A stretch of DNA of 64,000 bases from an uncultured Rhodopirellula sp. (GTDB lineage Bacteria > Planctomycetota > Planctomycetia > Pirellulales > Pirellulaceae): assembly GCA_964007735.1 (NCBI GenBank), contig CAXGAI010000017.1, positions 1-64,000 on the forward strand, written 5' to 3'. Shown here piece after piece: positions 31,563 through 40,927 of the stretch. The notes beneath the pieces are model-generated. The model was not told the DNA's origin. It was given only the letters and a program-made list of their open reading frames with translations, and ran no database searches. The position numbers and the translations under genes are program-made. The first letter of the stretch is position 1. Every line of letters begins with the position of its first letter.

Positions 31563-33052
31563 TACTCCGTATCTCCCCTGCCGGAATTTCGCCACATTTT
31601 CAGGATCGGCCATACGACCAGCACCAGAGAAATTAAGACGAAGGTTAATGCGACCGGCCTTGTTACGAGCGGTGCGTAACTCCCTCCCGTAGCCTGTAAG
31701 CCTGCTCCCAGCTTTTCTTCGGCAATGGGGGCCAGAACAAATCCAATTACAAAGGGAGCCAGTGGTATCCTACTTCGCTCCATCATAAAACCAACGACTC
31801 CAAAGCCCAGCATTACCCAAACGTCGAACATTCGGTTGTTCAAGGCATAGGAACCTACTACACAAAAAACAACGACTACCGGCAGCAAATATACGCGGGG
31901 GATCGTTGCTAGCTTGGAAATCCATTTGGCGCTCAAAAGCATCATGCCAAACATCGTCAGGTTAGCAATGAGCATGGTAAAGATGATCGTGTAGACAATC
32001 TCCGGGTGATTATGGAACAGAAGGACGCCGGGTTGTAAACCGTGCAATACTAAAGCACCTAGCAAAATTGCATCAATGACGCTGCCTGGAATTCCCATTG
32101 CAACAAGAGGAATCAATGCTCCACCAATGGTTGCGTTATTGGCAGCCTCACTAGCAACAATCCCCTCCTCACTTCCCGTGCCAAATGCCTCCGGTTGTTT
32201 ACTTACGGACTTGGCAGCGGAATAAGCCATCACACTTCCCACATTGGCACCAATGCCCGGGAGAATTCCAACCCAAGTTCCAATGACACTACTTCGAATC
32301 ATATTGATCATATGTCTGAGCCAGTCCCCAACGCCCAGAAGTATGCCTTCGGGGGCAATTTGGCTAATTTGCTCCACTTTCTTTTCACGCGAGGCAACTT
32401 CGTGTATCACCTGACTCACGGCAAACAGGCCGATGAGGACTGGTAACAAATCAAATCCATTATTTAATTGTTCGATCCCCCAGGTCCAACGTGTATCCCC
32501 TGTTGCCGGAGACTCACCTGGGATGGTTACTAAAATCCCCAAGAAACCTGAAAAGACGCCCGCCGCTAAAGACTTGCCGGATACCGAGGCGATCAGTACC
32601 AACGCAACCAAAACCAAAGCAAAATAGTCAAAGTCTCCCAATTCTGTCGAGATATGCGAAATGGGTTCGGCCAACAAAATCAGAAAGCCCCAGGAAATGA
32701 GGCCGCCAGCGAAGGAAGCCATAATCCCCAGCCCCAATGCTCGCCCCGGCTTACCAGCTCTGGCCATTGGATAACCGTCGAGTGTCGTAATCACTGACGC
32801 CGGCGTACCCGGCATTCTCAGCAAAGTTGCAGTAATTAATCCTCCTGAAATTGATCCCACATACATCGACACTAATAAAACCATCGCTTCCGAAGGCTGC
32901 ATGGCATAAGTCAGCGGAAGGGACAACGCGATCAGCATGGCACCAGTCAGGCCTGGAATTGCGCCCACCAGGATACCCAGCATCGTCCCAATGCCTACCC
33001 AAAGCAGATTCACCGGGTCCCCAATGGTAAGTTCATGAATTACGTCGCCCAT
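31562..33052 (-). CDS. tctA: Tripartite tricarboxylate transporter large permease TctA
   Basis: GAIPGLT; MPGTPAS..TTLDGYPMA; GILPGIG; EAANNA; GIPGS; about 12 TM helices. Confidence 0.93.
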   Translation of the reverse strand: MGDVIHELTIGDPVNLLWVGIGTMLGILVGAIPGLTGAMLIALSLPLTYAMQPSEAMVLLVSMYVGSISGGLITATLLRMPGTPASVITTLDGYPMARAGKPGRALGLGIMASFAGGLISWGFLILLAEPISHISTELGDFDYFALVLVALVLIASVSGKSLAAGVFSGFLGILVTIPGESPATGDTRWTWGIEQLNNGFDLLPVLIGLFAVSQVIHEVASREKKVEQISQIAPEGILLGVGDWLRHMINMIRSSVIGTWVGILPGIGANVGSVMAYSAAKSVSKQPEAFGTGSEEGIVASEAANNATIGGALIPLVAMGIPGSVIDAILLGALVLHGLQPGVLLFHNHPEIVYTIIFTMLIANLTMFGMMLLSAKWISKLATIPRVYLLPVVVVFCVVGSYALNNRMFDVWVMLGFGVVGFMMERSRIPLAPFVIGFVLAPIAEEKLGAGLQATGGSYAPLVTRPVALTFVLISLVLVVWPILKMWRNSGRGDTE

Positions 33053-33060
33053 TGAAACTC

Positions 33061-34431
33061 CTATGGCAATTGAATGCTAAAGAAAGACTGGAAGACGAAG
33101 AAAACGATCAGTGGCACCAAAACGATCATTTCCGGAACATAAGACTTGGCAACAACTTTTTTCAAGCCAACCATTTCAAAGCCCGTACAAAGCAAGGCCA
33201 CACCAAACATATAAATAGCTGTAAAGATTCTAAAATCAATTGGAATATATTCCAAAGCAAGCAGATAAAGAGCTGTCACCATTACGAAGGACACGGCTGT
33301 TTTCCAATACCCCCTTCTGACTTCCCCGGCTATCTCCCCCTCGCCTGCGTTTATAGATTTCTCCAGGACAGACGCTGGAAATAATCGGGACACAAGCAAC
33401 ACGCCAAAACTAACTGCCGTTAGCAAAGCAACCCACAGGGGGATATTAGGCAAAACATCCGGGGAAGTGGAATCGACACTCTGGATTTTACCAATCCGCA
33501 TTTGTAGCAATTCTTTCATGGAGTCGCCGGTTTCGACAAATGGCTCTGACAATCGCAGAGCCAATTGTTTCTGAACCTGAGGTGTTGCCATACACTTTTT
33601 AATAACCTCTGCCATCAGGTCGATTTGTTCGGAATCCGTGCCTTTAGGAAACCACCAAAAGTGCATATTGGCATGTACAAATTGAAAGCCCTGCTCCTGA
33701 GCAGTCGGTATTTCCGCAGCCTCCGGATGACGCTCCTCGGAAGTAATCGCAACGGCCCGCAGTCCACCCTCTTTAAAAGATATATATTCACCTAATGAAA
33801 ATGCCGATACATCGGCATGCCCCCCAATGACAGCCTCGAACCGACTAGCTCCGCCCCCTTTTTGCGTGTATCGAAAATGAGCTCCCGGTAGATCTTTTTC
33901 AAGAATCAGGCCGGCATAATGTACTGGAGCACCCAGGTTGGCTGCAAACACCAGTTCATTTGGCATTTCTTTAGCTGCATTCATTAACTCTGGCAGCGAT
34001 TGATAAGGCGAATCTTCCGCAACGGCAATAATCATATTTGTCTTACCGCTAGCAGCAATAGGTTCAAATGACTCCGGTCCGTAAGAAACTTTCCCCGATG
34101 CCTGAGCCGTGATTAATGCCTCGTGCAGCAGCAACATGGTGTACCCATCCGGATCTGCCTTACGTGCCTGACCACTTCCAATCGTCGCTCCGGCCCCGCC
34201 TACATTCTTAACAACAACCTCCTGCCCAAGAAATCCATTGTCAGCAATCGCCTTTTGGATCATCCGGGCAAAGGTATCACTTTCCCCCCCAGGGCCAAAT
34301 GGAACAATCAACGTGATGGGACGATTCGGGTATTTATCCGACTCTGAATTCTGCGCACCCCAATAGTGCCAGCTAAGATCTGCTGCCAAAGCCAAAAGGA
34401 CCAGGATTCTGATCAGGTATCGTTTTGACAT
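33061..34431 (-). CDS. TctC-type substrate-binding protein fused to a C-terminal 4-TM TctB-like domain
   Basis: YPNRPITLIVPFGPGGESD; NVGGAGATIG; ADPDGYT; C-terminal ~130 aa with four hydrophobic segments ending FQSFFSIQLP. Confidence 0.85.
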   Translation of the reverse strand: MSKRYLIRILVLLALAADLSWHYWGAQNSESDKYPNRPITLIVPFGPGGESDTFARMIQKAIADNGFLGQEVVVKNVGGAGATIGSGQARKADPDGYTMLLLHEALITAQASGKVSYGPESFEPIAASGKTNMIIAVAEDSPYQSLPELMNAAKEMPNELVFAANLGAPVHYAGLILEKDLPGAHFRYTQKGGGASRFEAVIGGHADVSAFSLGEYISFKEGGLRAVAITSEERHPEAAEIPTAQEQGFQFVHANMHFWWFPKGTDSEQIDLMAEVIKKCMATPQVQKQLALRLSEPFVETGDSMKELLQMRIGKIQSVDSTSPDVLPNIPLWVALLTAVSFGVLLVSRLFPASVLEKSINAGEGEIAGEVRRGYWKTAVSFVMVTALYLLALEYIPIDFRIFTAIYMFGVALLCTGFEMVGLKKVVAKSYVPEMIVLVPLIVFFVFQSFFSIQLP

Positions 34432-35351
34432 TATGAGTAGAAAACTCTCTTTGCGGTGCGACGCAACAACCATTCTTTATCCCCGTCGGATAGGAAGTCA
34501 GCCTCCTGAATAAGATTAAATGACGGGGCATATTCATGCCCATCCACGACCTGAAATGGTCCATCACTAGCCCACATCAATCGCTCCACACCGTATGCGT
34601 CGATACAGGATTTGATCATTGGCAACAAATCCTGGTACGGTGCCGCCTTTTCACCTAACGCGTAATAAGCTGACAGCTTGACCGTCACGTTTTTATGCTT
34701 CGCCAGCTCACAAAGAGTCGCCACGTCCTTTTCACGAATCTGGCCATCCACGCCGATCCTAGCGAAATGGTCGATAACAACGGGGGTATCCGGATAACGT
34801 TCACACATTTTATCAACCGATCCTAGAAACTCAGCATCAATCAAATGACACATGGCCAAGCCGTGCTTGGCACCAGCCTTCCACATATCATGCATCCCCT
34901 CACCGGACAGCCACTGATCGGGGGTTTGAGCATCGGGCCGGATACGAAAGCCCCGGACTCCTTGACGTGCGAGCTTAACCATCTCCCGGGCGGGTCGATC
35001 ATTTTCGTCAATGACAGCCACTCCACCAAAAACGCCTGGATGCTGCTCCATCATGTCCAGCATGTAACTATTATCAAATCGATAGAAGCTCATTTGGATA
35101 AGAACAATTCGGTCCACGCCCACCGGATGGCAATGAGAGAACAACTGTTTCGGGGTAAAGCTTGATGGCTGCATGTCCTCCTTTTTAAAAGAGGAATCCA
35201 ACGGATAACGTTTCGTGTCAGGCGTCCAGACGTGAACATGGGCATCGATGTACCCCTTGTTCTCAGCGGCTGGTAATGACGAAGCGGCGACTGCCGCTAC
35301 AGCAGAAGCCCGGGCAAAGTCTCGGCGATTAAGCTGACATGCAAATTCCAC
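34431..35351 (-). CDS. Tat-exported amidohydrolase_2 family protein (sugar-lactonase-like)
   Basis: NRRDFA; IDAHVHVW; VIDHFA; VKLS; RLMWASD. Confidence 0.88.
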   Translation of the reverse strand: MEFACQLNRRDFARASAVAAVAASSLPAAENKGYIDAHVHVWTPDTKRYPLDSSFKKEDMQPSSFTPKQLFSHCHPVGVDRIVLIQMSFYRFDNSYMLDMMEQHPGVFGGVAVIDENDRPAREMVKLARQGVRGFRIRPDAQTPDQWLSGEGMHDMWKAGAKHGLAMCHLIDAEFLGSVDKMCERYPDTPVVIDHFARIGVDGQIREKDVATLCELAKHKNVTVKLSAYYALGEKAAPYQDLLPMIKSCIDAYGVERLMWASDGPFQVVDGHEYAPSFNLIQEADFLSDGDKEWLLRRTAKRVFYS

Positions 35352-35447
35352 GTGCTGAACTCCTCGGGATACAGTGATCTAGTTGCTAATGCCATTGTAG
35401 CAAATAGACGGCGTCCCACGTACGATTCAAATCCAGCAGCCAGAAGC

Positions 35448-36527
35448 TTAACGGGGAGTGTTCGTGCCAACCCGGCTTTCATTCCAGGTCGCACCGACCA
35501 TCAGACAATTAATACCTGAACCGATACCAAGCAATCCAAGGTTACTGCCGGCATCAACAGCGCCCTGTTCAACACCAATCGCCAACGTGACAGGCAAGGC
35601 TGCCGAGCCCGTATTACCAAGCCATTGGAAAGTTGAAAAATCATTCGCTTCGGGAAGGCCGAGTGACTCCAACATCAGTTTTCGATGAGCGGCACCTACC
35701 TGATGGCAAAATGACTGATGTATATCTTCACGCGTCCACTGCGAATCCGTCAAAAACTGATCAAAGGTTGTCATCCCTGTTTGGATCCCTTCAGACATAA
35801 GACGCTCTGAATCCGTATTCATCAGAGGACGCATGTCATCGGCAACAGCTTCGTCTTTTCCACTTTGGCAAAGATTGTGGAATTGAGTGTTGGCCTGAGC
35901 CGTTATTGATCGCAGAAAGTTTCCAGTCTGACTGATCTCTCGATGAGTTAGCAAAATTGCTGAACTCGCTGACCCGATCGTTAGTGACGCAACCGCCATT
36001 TTAATCGTTTTACGTGTCCAGGACTCATCGACATTAAGAGAGCGAATCGTATTTTCAACTAAATGCCGACTGTCCTCTGTTCCTACGATCAATGCTGCTT
36101 CAATTTGCCCAAGTTCGATTGCATTGGCGGCTAAAGCTATGCCGTTTAGCTGGCCAAGACATGCGTTGGACAAATCATAAATCATACAGTCTCTTCGCAG
36201 TTTCAATCCATCATGAACACGACATGCCGTGGCGGGTTCAAGATGGTCCCGACAAACCGAACCATGAATCAGCATGCCAATCTTCTGAGGATCAATATCG
36301 GCCGCCGCGATAGCCTGTTTGCCTGATTCAATAGACTTATCTCCCGGTAGAATCCCTCGTTCCCAAAAACGACGTTCGGCAATGCCCGTCATTAGTTCCA
36401 ACCGCCCTTCAGGCAATCGCATTCGCTGATAGGCAGGGGCAAGCCGCTGCTCTATTTCCGACGTCGTGACGATTTCAGATGGCAGCGTATAACCGAGCGA
36501 TTCGATAGCTACATTTGTATAACGCAT
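35448..36527 (-). CDS. oleA: OleA-like thiolase (3-oxoacyl-ACP synthase III family)
   Basis: LELMTGIAERRFW; RDHLEPATA (Glu); NACLG (Cys); HQVG (His); GNTGS; LGIGSGINC. Confidence 0.75.
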   Translation of the reverse strand: MRYTNVAIESLGYTLPSEIVTTSEIEQRLAPAYQRMRLPEGRLELMTGIAERRFWERGILPGDKSIESGKQAIAAADIDPQKIGMLIHGSVCRDHLEPATACRVHDGLKLRRDCMIYDLSNACLGQLNGIALAANAIELGQIEAALIVGTEDSRHLVENTIRSLNVDESWTRKTIKMAVASLTIGSASSAILLTHREISQTGNFLRSITAQANTQFHNLCQSGKDEAVADDMRPLMNTDSERLMSEGIQTGMTTFDQFLTDSQWTREDIHQSFCHQVGAAHRKLMLESLGLPEANDFSTFQWLGNTGSAALPVTLAIGVEQGAVDAGSNLGLLGIGSGINCLMVGATWNESRVGTNTPR

Positions 36528-36539
36528 GTCCCGATTCTA
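36528..36539 (-). promoter_or_regulatory. -10 box TAGAAT 6 nt upstream of the oleA-like ATG (leaderless-type promoter)
   Basis: The minus strand reads TAGAAT-cgggac-ATG. Confidence 0.5.
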
Positions 36540-36765
36540 TCTCATCCTTATGACACTGATAAGCATAGAAACCATCGTAGAAGTAATACGTTTCAACAAG
36601 GGAAATAGCCTTCTTCAACCTGCAAATTCCTAACGGCATCCTAGTTTTAAGAGTTTTGAAACGTAACTTACAAAAGTTTTAAAACGACATCTTGTGCAAT
36701 TTGCTATCAGCTAGCACTACATATAGTGGTACGGCTTTTTTTCGGAACAAAATACCGGCAAGTGT

Positions 36766-36794
36766 TTGAAAAAAACGTGGGGAGTTGTCACAAT
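36766..36794 (+). promoter_or_regulatory. Candidate sigma70 promoter for the structured leader and the C26 gene
   Basis: TTGAAA (36766-36771), 17-nt spacer, then CACAAT (36789-36794) with an extended -10 TG. Confidence 0.35.
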
Positions 36795-37181
36795 CTTGTC
36801 TTCTTGCTTCCCACAAGATTAACTCAGATATTGCAACTGTTTAAGGAGAACACAGAACGGTATCCGAAAAGGATTTCACTTCCCGGGTCTGATCGCAGGC
36901 CACATGCAGGGGGGCGAAACTGAATCGTTCTCACAAATCTTACCGAACTCAGGAGGAGGGAAGTGGATTTGGTTCTGAGCAATATCTGAAACGCGTTGCT
37001 AATCGTTCAAAAGAATTGATTTCGTTAGCATTCTCGTTCAGCCAATATTCAGTTTCTGAATTACTACAGTCACACAACAGGCTCTGTACATTCAATCTTG
37101 CATGACCTTCTGTCAGCCCGGGATACCGTTCTGGTTTTTTAGTCTTAGTTTTGGAATAGCTTTCCTTGATAGTTATTCCAA
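36792..37181 (+). ncRNA. Putative highly structured ncRNA or cis-regulatory leader of unknown family
   Basis: Perfect complementary segments: 36824-36834/36979-36989 (11 bp), 36853-36865/37121-37133 (13 bp, then T6), 36916-36925/37047-37056 (10 bp), 36877-36884/36958-36965 (8 bp), 36792-36799/36813-36820 (8 bp). Also a hairpin at 37151-37161/37171-37181. Confidence 0.5.
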
Positions 37182-37201
37182 GTATCTGAAAGGGATTACA
37201 G

Positions 37202-37948
37202 ATGCAGAAAAAACCATTGATCGGCATCAACATTGATTACAAGAGTGAAACTAAAGATACTGCCGCCTATTTCTATCTGGCTGCTGGATATTCCGATTGC
37301 GTGCTACGAGCTGGCGGCATTCCTGTCATGGTTCCTATTATGGACGAAGAAGATGACATCGAAGCAGTCCTCGACACCCTTGACGGGTTCATTCTTGTTG
37401 GAGGTCTGGACCTCGATCCTCACCGTGACGGATTTATGCGACATACGTCGTGTCGTCTGATGAGTGCTCGCCGGGAAATCTTCGACCGACAACTTGCTCG
37501 TCTAATCTTCCAACGCAAGCTACCCGTTTTTGGCATTGGTGTTGGCATGCAACTGTTGAATATCACTGCCGGAGGCAATCTTCACCTTCACATTCCAGAG
37601 GCTTTGCCAAATGCCGTTCCTCACCGCGACCCTCAGGACCCGGCACACCGCCATGGTCTGGACATCACTCCCGACTCTATTCTGGAACGCATCTATGGAG
37701 ATGGGGAAATCCGTGTGAATTCAAATCATCATATGGCAATCGACGAAGTTGCACCCGGCTTTATCGTCACCGCACGGTGTCCTGACGGAGTAATCGAAGC
37801 GATCGAACACACCGAAGAGGGCTGGGTTGCCATGGGCACTCAATTCCACCCGGAAGCCCCTTCCGCAACGGCAATGGACTTTCGCATCATCGAGGAATTC
37901 CTTGATGAAGTTCGCGTGGAATCAGGTCTGCAGCTCGCTGCAGCCTAA
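37202..37948 (+). CDS. Peptidase C26 / gamma-glutamyl-gamma-aminobutyrate hydrolase (PuuD-like) family protein lacking the catalytic Cys
   Basis: KPLIGIN; AGGIPV; LDGFILVGGLDLDP; VNSNHH; DGVIEAIE; QFHPE. The nucleophile elbow reads GIGVGMQ instead of GICRGxQ. Confidence 0.88.
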   Translation: MQKKPLIGINIDYKSETKDTAAYFYLAAGYSDCVLRAGGIPVMVPIMDEEDDIEAVLDTLDGFILVGGLDLDPHRDGFMRHTSCRLMSARREIFDRQLARLIFQRKLPVFGIGVGMQLLNITAGGNLHLHIPEALPNAVPHRDPQDPAHRHGLDITPDSILERIYGDGEIRVNSNHHMAIDEVAPGFIVTARCPDGVIEAIEHTEEGWVAMGTQFHPEAPSATAMDFRIIEEFLDEVRVESGLQLAAA

Positions 37949-38002
37949 AAGGTCTGACAGAGGCTCGAGCTTTAGCGAACTCTATCATCAGAAACTAAGA
38001 CC

Positions 38003-38042
38003 AAGAGCTCTGCGTTGCCGTTAGACAGCGCAGAGCTCTTTT
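38003..38042. terminator. Intrinsic terminator between the convergent C26 gene and acnA
   Basis: aagagctctgcg (38003-38014) and cgcagagctctt (38029-38040) form a perfect 12-bp stem that ends in a T run. Confidence 0.75.
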
Positions 38043-38074
38043 AAAAGTCGTTAGTCGTCTTCCTGAAACTGGGA

Positions 38075-40798
38075 TTAAAGCAGCTTTCGCAACACCGTCT
38101 GAAGAATACCACCATTTCGGTAGTAATCCATTTCAACGGGTGTGTCGATTCTTACTTTCGCTTCGAATTCGGTCACACTGCCATCTGTAGACGTTGCTCT
38201 CACCGTGAGCGTCGATAATGGCTGCAGCGAGTCATCTAAACCGATAACATCAAACGTTTCTTCGCCGCTTAAGCCGAGCCCTTGAGCCGTCTGGCCATCC
38301 ACCAATTCCAACGGCAGCACGCCCATCATCACCAGATTACTGCGGTGAATCCTTTCGTAACTTGCAGCAATTACGGCTCGAACCCCCATCAACTGGGTCC
38401 CTTTGGCCGCCCAGTCTCGACTACTACCCGTACCATATTCAGCACCGGCCAGAATCACTAACGGCGTTCCACTTTCTTTATATTTCATCGCCGCATCATA
38501 GATTGACATAATCTCATCCGTTGGCAGATAGCGTGTGACACCGCCTTCGGTGCCTGGTGCAAGTTGATTACGAATACGAATATTTGCAAACGTCCCGCGT
38601 AGCATCACCCGGTCGTTACCTCGTCGTGATCCATAACTATTAAAATCAACGGGCTCCACTCCTTTATCTTGTAAAAACAACCCGGCCGGACTGTCTTTAG
38701 CAATAGCGCCTGCCGGTGAGATATGATCTGTCGTCGTGCTGTCGCCGAGCATCGCTAAGGCGCGTGCTCCTGACAACGGCTCAATCGGAGGCACTTCGAC
38801 CGGAAGATCGACCATAAACGGTGGCTCTTGAATATAAGTCGAAGTGTCATTCCACGAGTAAATATCACCCGAATCAACCGCAATGGCATTCCACTTTTCA
38901 TTTGAATCAAAGGCATTCCCATAGCGGTTTACGAACATTTCGCTGTCAATCGCAGAATTAAGAACTCCAGCTACTTCATCCCGTGAAGGCCAGATATCTT
39001 TCAGGAACACATCATTTCCATCACGATCCTGACCAAGTGGTTCCGTATCAAAATCGATCAAGGTTGTTCCGGCCAAGGCATAAGCTACGACCAGCGGTGG
39101 ACTCGCCAGGTAGTTTGCCTTCACATCCTGACTAACACGACCTTCAAAATTCCGATTGCCGGATAGTACTGAGCAGGCTACCAGATCTGCCTCATGGATT
39201 GCTGCTGAAACTGGCGGTGGCAATGGGCCACTGTTTCCAATACAGGTGGTACAACCATATCCGACAACATGGAAGCCAAGTTGTTTTAGCGAATCAGTCA
39301 ATCCAGCTTTATCCAAATAGTCACTTACAACCCGTGACCCCGGCGCCAGGCTGGTCTTCACATAAGGTTTTACATTTAACCCTTTGGCAGCTGCCTTCTG
39401 AGCCAACAGCCCGGCGGCTAGCATGACCGAAGGATTGCTTGTGTTTGTGCATGAAGTAATCGCGGCAATAACCACCGACCCGTGAGTAATATCAATGTCG
39501 CCTGAATCCAAATGGGCCGTAGCCGTGGCATCCAGAGATTGACCTTCCAGGGCAAAACCACGTTGGTTCACAGGACTCCGCAGAGTTGTTTCAAATGCCG
39601 GTTTCATATCAGCTAGGGACACTCGATCCTGCGGACGCTTTGGACCTGCCAAGGATGGCACAACCTTAGACAAATCGAGACTTACATTGCTTGAATAGGT
39701 CGGAGTTGGCGTATCTGCAGTCACAAACAGTCCCTGCTCTTTGGTATACCGCTCAACCAACGTAACTTCTTCTTCACTCCGGCCGGTCTTACGCAAATAA
39801 TTCAGCGTTTCATCATCTACCGGGAAGAAGCCCATCGTCGCTCCATATTCGGGTGCCATATTCGCAATGGTTGCCCGATCAGCCAAAGACATCTTGGCCA
39901 CGCCTGAACCATAGAACTCTACGAACTTTCCGACAACACCCTCCTGACGCAGAATTTCGACAACCATCAGCACCAAGTCCGTCGCCGTTGCTCCCGCGGG
40001 CAACTCGCCGGTCAGTTCAAAGCCGACCACTTGAGGCATCAGCATGTAAATAGGCTGGCCTAACATGACCCCCTCTGCTTCGATACCACCGACTCCCCAG
40101 CCGACGACTCCAAGACCATTAATCATCGTGGTATGACTGTCGGTTCCCACCAGTGTGTCCGGAATGGCTACGGTACCTTCCTGGTCTTCGCGTTTAAATA
40201 CGCCGCCCGCCAGGAACTCGAGATTGACCTGATGAACAATACCAACATTTGGGGGCACGACCCGGAAATTATCAAATGCCTTCTGGCCCCACCGCAGGAA
40301 TTCGTATCGCTCGTTATTACGTTTGAATTCCAGAGCAACATTATCGATTAGAGCATCTTCACTGCCGAAACGGTCAACCTGTACTGAGTGGTCAATCACC
40401 AGGTCGACAGGAATCAGTGGATTGATTTTCTTCGGATCGCCACCAAGACGTTGCATGGCTGATCGCATGGCCGCAAGATCAACGACTGCCGGCACGCCGG
40501 TAAAGTCCTGCAATACAACCCGTGCTGGCTTAAATGGAATTTCTTTAGTGCCTGGATCCGCCGCATTCCAGTTTGCGAGATTACGAACGTCCTCTTGCTC
40601 GACAACATAACCATCGCAGTTACGTAAGACAGACTCGAGTAGTACTCGAATGGAGTAAGGAAGTTTACCAATATCACCAATCCCCTGTTCTTGCAGGCGG
40701 GATAAACGATAAATACCTACGTCGCCACTACCACTGTCGAAAGTGTCACGGGTATTAAATGGATCAAAAGGAGTCGAATCGCTCATTGAGTCAACCAT
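38075..40798 (-). CDS. acnA: Aconitate hydratase AcnA
   Basis: [69 protein letters not shown]. Confidence 0.98.
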   Translation of the reverse strand: MVDSMSDSTPFDPFNTRDTFDSGSGDVGIYRLSRLQEQGIGDIGKLPYSIRVLLESVLRNCDGYVVEQEDVRNLANWNAADPGTKEIPFKPARVVLQDFTGVPAVVDLAAMRSAMQRLGGDPKKINPLIPVDLVIDHSVQVDRFGSEDALIDNVALEFKRNNERYEFLRWGQKAFDNFRVVPPNVGIVHQVNLEFLAGGVFKREDQEGTVAIPDTLVGTDSHTTMINGLGVVGWGVGGIEAEGVMLGQPIYMLMPQVVGFELTGELPAGATATDLVLMVVEILRQEGVVGKFVEFYGSGVAKMSLADRATIANMAPEYGATMGFFPVDDETLNYLRKTGRSEEEVTLVERYTKEQGLFVTADTPTPTYSSNVSLDLSKVVPSLAGPKRPQDRVSLADMKPAFETTLRSPVNQRGFALEGQSLDATATAHLDSGDIDITHGSVVIAAITSCTNTSNPSVMLAAGLLAQKAAAKGLNVKPYVKTSLAPGSRVVSDYLDKAGLTDSLKQLGFHVVGYGCTTCIGNSGPLPPPVSAAIHEADLVACSVLSGNRNFEGRVSQDVKANYLASPPLVVAYALAGTTLIDFDTEPLGQDRDGNDVFLKDIWPSRDEVAGVLNSAIDSEMFVNRYGNAFDSNEKWNAIAVDSGDIYSWNDTSTYIQEPPFMVDLPVEVPPIEPLSGARALAMLGDSTTTDHISPAGAIAKDSPAGLFLQDKGVEPVDFNSYGSRRGNDRVMLRGTFANIRIRNQLAPGTEGGVTRYLPTDEIMSIYDAAMKYKESGTPLVILAGAEYGTGSSRDWAAKGTQLMGVRAVIAASYERIHRSNLVMMGVLPLELVDGQTAQGLGLSGEETFDVIGLDDSLQPLSTLTVRATSTDGSVTEFEAKVRIDTPVEMDYYRNGGILQTVLRKLL

Positions 40799-40927
40799 TT
40801 CTTCTTAATTAGTTATTTTTATACGGCAGATAAGGCTGCAACCTACCAATTATGACACGCGCAGCATCAGAAGCTTATTTTATCGGATGATTTGCTCTCT
40901 CAAAAGTAGAGAGCGGCCACGGGAAGC

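Noticed and set aside
36909..36930. GGGGGGCGAAACTGAATCG resembles a tmRNA 5' end
   Set aside because: It lacks the following TTCGAC, and I found no T-arm or acceptor 3' end or tag ORF downstream.
36949..37233. 94-aa minus-strand ORF and 65-aa plus-strand ORF (36726-36923) in the long intergenic region
   Set aside because: Neither has protein-like motifs, one overlaps the C26 start, and the region is better explained by RNA structure.
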